From the NCBI GenBank assembly GCA_965209055.1, contig OZ242374.1, forward strand, positions 544,001 through 608,000: a stretch of DNA of 64,000 nt, read 5' to 3'. The notes below the pieces were generated by a model. That model was not told the DNA's origin and made no database searches. It saw only the letters and a list, made by a program, of their open reading frames with translations. This document shows, in pieces, positions 59,984 through 64,000 of the stretch. The translations under genes and the position numbers were made by a program. The stretch is from Acidobacteriota bacterium (GTDB lineage Bacteria > Acidobacteriota > UBA6911 > RPQK01 > JAJDTT01). Each line of letters opens with the position of its first letter. Position 1 is the first letter of the stretch.

Positions 59984-61327
59984 CTACAGCTTCCAGGGCT
60001 TCCGGTAGTTGATGCCGGCCAGGCGTTCGGCTTCCGGATCGTTGACGATGCGTTCCCGTTTCGGATCCCACTCGACTCTGCGCCCGAGCCGGAAGGCCAT
60101 ATTGCCCAGATGACAGGCGATCATCGAGTCATGACCGATCTCCACGTCAGATCGCGGGAGCTCCCTGGAGCGCATGCAGTCCACGAAGTTCCGGACATGC
60201 CCCAGGTGATAGGCGCCCCGGCCCCGGATGTTGTGGCGGGGCTTGCCCCGAGACCGGAACTCCCGCGCCGGCTTGTCGATCTTGTCCGTCTCGGAGTGGA
60301 CCTCCCAACCGTTGCGGTCCACCACCAGCACACCGTCGTTGCCGTGGAACTGGACGCCGTGCTCCCGGGCTTCCGGACCTCGTCCCACGCCCAGCGCGTG
60401 TTCCCAGACCATGCTGAAGTCGTCGAACTCCCAGATGACCTGTTGGGTGTCGGGCGTTTCCATGGCGTCCCGGGGATAGCCGAACTTGCCCCCCACCGAG
60501 ACGGCCGACCGGGGCGCCTTCACGTCCATGGCCCAGTTGGCGATGTCGATCATGTGAGCTCCCCAGTCGGTCATGAGACCGCCGGAGTAGTCCCAGTACC
60601 AGCGGAAGGAGAAGTGAAAGCGGTTCAGGTTGAACGGACGTTCGGGAGCCGGTCCCAACCACATGTCGTAGTCCACGCCCGGGGGTGGTGACGCGTCCGG
60701 CTGCGCCGGCATTTCTCCCTTCCAGTCCAGATAGGCCCAGGCCCGGACCAGGCGGATCTTGCCCAGCTTCCCGCTCTTCACGTAGTCGACCGCGTCGGTG
60801 TAGTGGGGGGCGCTCCTCTGCTGCGTCCCCATCTGGACGACCCGGCCATGTTCGCGCGCCGCATCCACCATGACCCGGCCCTCGTGGATGGTCAGAGACA
60901 GCGGCTTCTCCACGTAGACGTCCATGCCCGCTTCACAGGCCATGACGGTGGGAATGGCGTGCCAGTGATCGGGAGTGGCCACCAGGACGGCGTCCAGGTC
61001 CTTTCGATCCAGAAGGCGCCGAAAATCCGAAGTCCGGAATTCGGCCTTCTGGCCGGCCGGATCCAGAATCTCGGACTGGGTGCGGTCCATCTGAGCCCCG
61101 TCCACATCACAGATGGCCGCGCATTGGATCCCGTCGATCTTGAGAAACTGCCTGAGATTGCCTCGTCCCCGGCCGCCGCAGCCGATCACTCCCAGGCGTA
61201 TCCGGTCGTTGGCCCCGTCGGTCCGGGCATAGGACAGGGCGGACGCAGGGCGGCCGGCGGCCAGGGCCGCCCCGCCCGTCAGGGCCGCCGACCCGGTCAG
61301 GAATCCTCGCCGGTTCTGTTTCTTCAT
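59984..61327 (-). CDS. Tat-exported Gfo/Idh/MocA oxidoreductase
   Basis: NRRGFL leader; IGCGGRG, TPDHWH, YVEKP, QMGTQQRS and DWGAHMID. Confidence 0.93.
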   Translation of the reverse strand: MKKQNRRGFLTGSAALTGGAALAAGRPASALSYARTDGANDRIRLGVIGCGGRGRGNLRQFLKIDGIQCAAICDVDGAQMDRTQSEILDPAGQKAEFRTSDFRRLLDRKDLDAVLVATPDHWHAIPTVMACEAGMDVYVEKPLSLTIHEGRVMVDAAREHGRVVQMGTQQRSAPHYTDAVDYVKSGKLGKIRLVRAWAYLDWKGEMPAQPDASPPPGVDYDMWLGPAPERPFNLNRFHFSFRWYWDYSGGLMTDWGAHMIDIANWAMDVKAPRSAVSVGGKFGYPRDAMETPDTQQVIWEFDDFSMVWEHALGVGRGPEAREHGVQFHGNDGVLVVDRNGWEVHSETDKIDKPAREFRSRGKPRHNIRGRGAYHLGHVRNFVDCMRSRELPRSDVEIGHDSMIACHLGNMAFRLGRRVEWDPKRERIVNDPEAERLAGINYRKPWKL

Positions 61328-61338
61328 GGCATCTCTCC

Positions 61339-61902
61339 TTATTCTCCATTCGGCCCGGTACGAGCCTTCAAATAGTCCAGGACCGGAGTGTCCTGGAGGT
61401 AAAAACCCTCGATCACTCCGTCGCCCCGATGCACGCGCAGCGTGACATGGGCGTCCACTTTACCGGACCGAAGAGCTTGTTTCCGCCCCGCCCCGGCTTT
61501 TGAAGCCACGTCTTCCGGCAGGTAGTAGCGGTCGAAAGGAAGCTGAATGATGCCCGACTTCCCTTCTCTCCGGACCTGCACTCTCAGGTATACGCCGGCT
61601 TCGGGGGGTTCATTCCGAACCGCCGTGAAGCGGCCGAAACCCTCTTGATCCAACTCCAGAACACCGTAGGCCCGGACGAGAGACGGTGTTTCGGCCGACT
61701 CGTCCAGTGTCACCTTCGAAGCGGGAATCTTGAATCGCACATGGCGCCCCAGAACCTCGTCCCGGGGGTCCAGGGGCTCCACCCGGAACTTGACCCGGAC
61801 ACCGTCGCGCAGAGTCCACTCGCGTTGGAGGATCATCCAGGCGGGAACGCCGAGCTGACAGAGGACCGCCGCGGCGAACACCAACGTCCTGAGCCGGATC
61901 AT
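61339..61902 (-). CDS. GDYXXLXY-domain membrane-anchored protein
   Basis: N-terminal TM, EPLDPRD and LPFDRYYLPE; overlaps the DUF2157-like gene by 4 bp. Confidence 0.75.
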   Translation of the reverse strand: MIRLRTLVFAAAVLCQLGVPAWMILQREWTLRDGVRVKFRVEPLDPRDEVLGRHVRFKIPASKVTLDESAETPSLVRAYGVLELDQEGFGRFTAVRNEPPEAGVYLRVQVRREGKSGIIQLPFDRYYLPEDVASKAGAGRKQALRSGKVDAHVTLRVHRGDGVIEGFYLQDTPVLDYLKARTGPNGE

Positions 61903-63251
61903 GCCCCCACCCCCGGCGTCTGTTGTTCCGGCTCGTCTTCCGAGCGCCGGAGGCCGCGAAAACGGCGGACCAGAAAGGCGTTTGCCGCCAGGAAGGCGGC
62001 GCCCAGAAGAATGAAGCCGATCCCGCGGACCATGAGTCCCAAATCGGTGTCGAAGAATCTGGCCCCCATGAGCGCCGCCAGAATGAGCATTCCGAGATTG
62101 ACGATCCCGATCCTCGCCCGGCGGACGCCGCGAACCAGAACCGAGACTCCGGCGGCCAGCAAATAGAGATTCAACAGAAACACCGGGACCAGCGTGGACT
62201 CCAGCGCCAGCATCAGACCATGGGCAAGCAATGCAACCGCGCCGAAGGAACCCCAGAGCAGCCTCTGCGGACGGCCCTGGAACAGGCTGAACCAGCCCAG
62301 GATCACGGACAGCGACAGGCAGGTTCCGATGAGCACCATCCCCGGCGCGGCATCCGTCCAATTCCACTCCCCAGCGCCAATCCGTCCGAGATGTTGCCAA
62401 GCGTCGCCGTAGGAGAACCGGAAGGCCATCACGAAGATTCCCAGTCCGCCGACGCATTGCAGGGGCCCCTGCCAAACGCGGGGAGCCCGTCCGAACCAGA
62501 TCCGGCCCACCAGGTACAAGACGGAGAACAGCCCCGCGTAAGCGGCCAGATGAAGGTGTTCCCAAGACTCCGAGAGGGTGAAACCGAATCCGAAACCGAG
62601 GGAGACGGCGCCGATCCAGAGCAGGAGAACGGTTCCTGCGCTCTGCCGGTCCCCCCGCAGCAGTGACCCGAGATAGGGTGCAACCAGCGCCAGCATGACC
62701 CAGTAGAGGAGGGGGCCTTCCCCGGCGTCCGCCTCGACCCCTCCCAGCGCCGTTACCCCTACCAGATAGAGCGCCGCGGCCGATCCCGCTCCCGTCAGAT
62801 AGACGAGCGGCACCGCCAGCAGCATCCAGGTCAGGAGGAAGCGGCCGGGGTCTCCGGGAATATGGTAGGTCTGTGCGATGAGGGCCATGGCGGACCCCAC
62901 GGCCAGAAACCAGAAGCAGGCCGTCCCTTCGCGCCAGGACCGGGAAAGGACGGAACGGAAAACCACCCATCCGGCAGCCCCTTGAGCGCCCATCAGAATC
63001 GAGAAGGAGATTGCGGCGCGGAGCGGCCTGGAGAGCTCCTCCCAGTTGTACGCCAGAACCAGGATGACCCCGAGACCGATCAGGGCGGAACCGAAAACCG
63101 CGGTGACGGTCAGGCCGAGCTGGCGAGCGGCGGGCCTTCCGGCGTCGTGGTAATGGGAGCGCAGCCGATCGGCTGCATCCGTGGTCAGGATCCCGCGCGA
63201 CACCAGTTCGGGAAGCTCTCCCAGGAGCCAGTCGGGACCCTTCCTGCTCAT
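61899..63251 (-). CDS. DUF2157-like membrane protein
   Basis: ELPELVSRGILT..AADRL, LIGLGVILVLAYNWEEL and ALIAQTYHI. Confidence 0.8.
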   Translation of the reverse strand: MSRKGPDWLLGELPELVSRGILTTDAADRLRSHYHDAGRPAARQLGLTVTAVFGSALIGLGVILVLAYNWEELSRPLRAAISFSILMGAQGAAGWVVFRSVLSRSWREGTACFWFLAVGSAMALIAQTYHIPGDPGRFLLTWMLLAVPLVYLTGAGSAAALYLVGVTALGGVEADAGEGPLLYWVMLALVAPYLGSLLRGDRQSAGTVLLLWIGAVSLGFGFGFTLSESWEHLHLAAYAGLFSVLYLVGRIWFGRAPRVWQGPLQCVGGLGIFVMAFRFSYGDAWQHLGRIGAGEWNWTDAAPGMVLIGTCLSLSVILGWFSLFQGRPQRLLWGSFGAVALLAHGLMLALESTLVPVFLLNLYLLAAGVSVLVRGVRRARIGIVNLGMLILAALMGARFFDTDLGLMVRGIGFILLGAAFLAANAFLVRRFRGLRRSEDEPEQQTPGVGA

Positions 63252-63510
63252 ATTACTTCCGGCGAAGGAGGAGGTTCGGGGTCAACGGCGAGCCCGCGTC
63301 GCGCCGGAACCTGCTGGTGTCGAACGGGACACTTCCTTTTCCCCGGCTCCTCGACTTCCCTCCTCTATGGACCATGCTATGATACATGCTCTTTCGAGAC
63401 GGAGGTCGGCCCGGATACCCGTACGCAATCGGCGCCGTCCCGTACTTCGAGCAACCGAACAGTAACGTTTCAGGGCTCGTTCCCTGTGTCTCGTCCGGGA
63501 GGAACTTTGC

Positions 63511-64000
63511 ATGACTCAAGAGTGGAAAACGGACAACTGGTTTGCCAGTCCCTGGAATTTCTCGCAGGAAGCCCGTCAGGACCTCAACTTTCCCGATCAG
63601 ATCCGAATTCACGACGTGACCCTCCGCGACGGCGAGCAGCAGACGGGAATCGTGTTCCGGCGGGACGAGAAGGTGGCCATCGCCAAGAAGCTGGCGGCAG
63701 CCGGCGTCCATCGAATCGAGGCCGGCATGCCGGCCGTCTCCGACGAAGACGAGGCGGCCATCAAGGACATCGTCGCCCTGGGCCTGGATTCGGAGATCTT
63801 CTCTTTTGCCCGCTGCATGCCTGCGGACGTCAAGCAGGCCAAGGACTGCGGTGTCCACGGGATCATCACCGAAATCCCCTCCAGCGATCACATCATCGCC
63901 AACGCCTACGGCAAGGACATGGACTGGGCCGTCAAGGCCTCCATCGACACCACCCTGGCCGCCAAGGAGGCAGGACTCTACACCGTCTTCTTCACCATCG
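63511..64000 (+). CDS. DRE-TIM metallolyase (homocitrate/isopropylmalate synthase-like), partial at the right edge
   Basis: Manual translation: MTQEWKTDNWFASPWN...IHDVTLRDGEQQTG...GVHRIEAGMP...FARC; GGAGG RBS. Confidence 0.88.
   Translation, partial: MTQEWKTDNWFASPWNFSQEARQDLNFPDQIRIHDVTLRDGEQQTGIVFRRDEKVAIAKKLAAAGVHRIEAGMPAVSDEDEAAIKDIVALGLDSEIFSFARCMPADVKQAKDCGVHGIITEIPSSDHIIANAYGKDMDWAVKASIDTTLAAKEAGLYTVFFTI

Overview
This is a high-GC bacterial chromosomal segment. Its gene content resembles an Acidobacteriota/Planctomycetota-like heterotroph, possibly host-associated; that is inference only. About 45 coding genes are supportable, and most other ORFs in the track are antisense or shadow ORFs caused by GC bias. 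No rRNA, tRNA or CRISPR array was seen. The backbone is rich in secreted or lipoprotein hydrolases: a sulfatase, beta-propeller GH-like proteins, BNR/sialidase-like and FG-GAP proteins, a PHP-like protein and tandem alpha/beta hydrolases. It also carries transporters (RND+MFP, MFS, DMT, two Nramp-like), an mddA-ltaE pair, and a PadR regulator with a clear palindromic operator. The most striking structure is an ~8.9 kb accessory island at 27456-36348. It is bounded by 19-bp terminal inverted repeats with a TA on each side, sits exactly between the stop codons of two convergent genes, and has no recognisable transposase. Inside are an IS66-like MITE, two divergent PD-(D/E)XK-type nuclease genes sharing a palindrome, coupled small Zn-ribbon/unknown ORFs, two related long hairpins plus short repeats, and a P4-type tyrosine integrase. 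Elsewhere there is a DUF1640-like coiled-coil protein with 33-bp tandem repeats and an AAA+DUF4143 gene next to a collapsed vapBC-like remnant.
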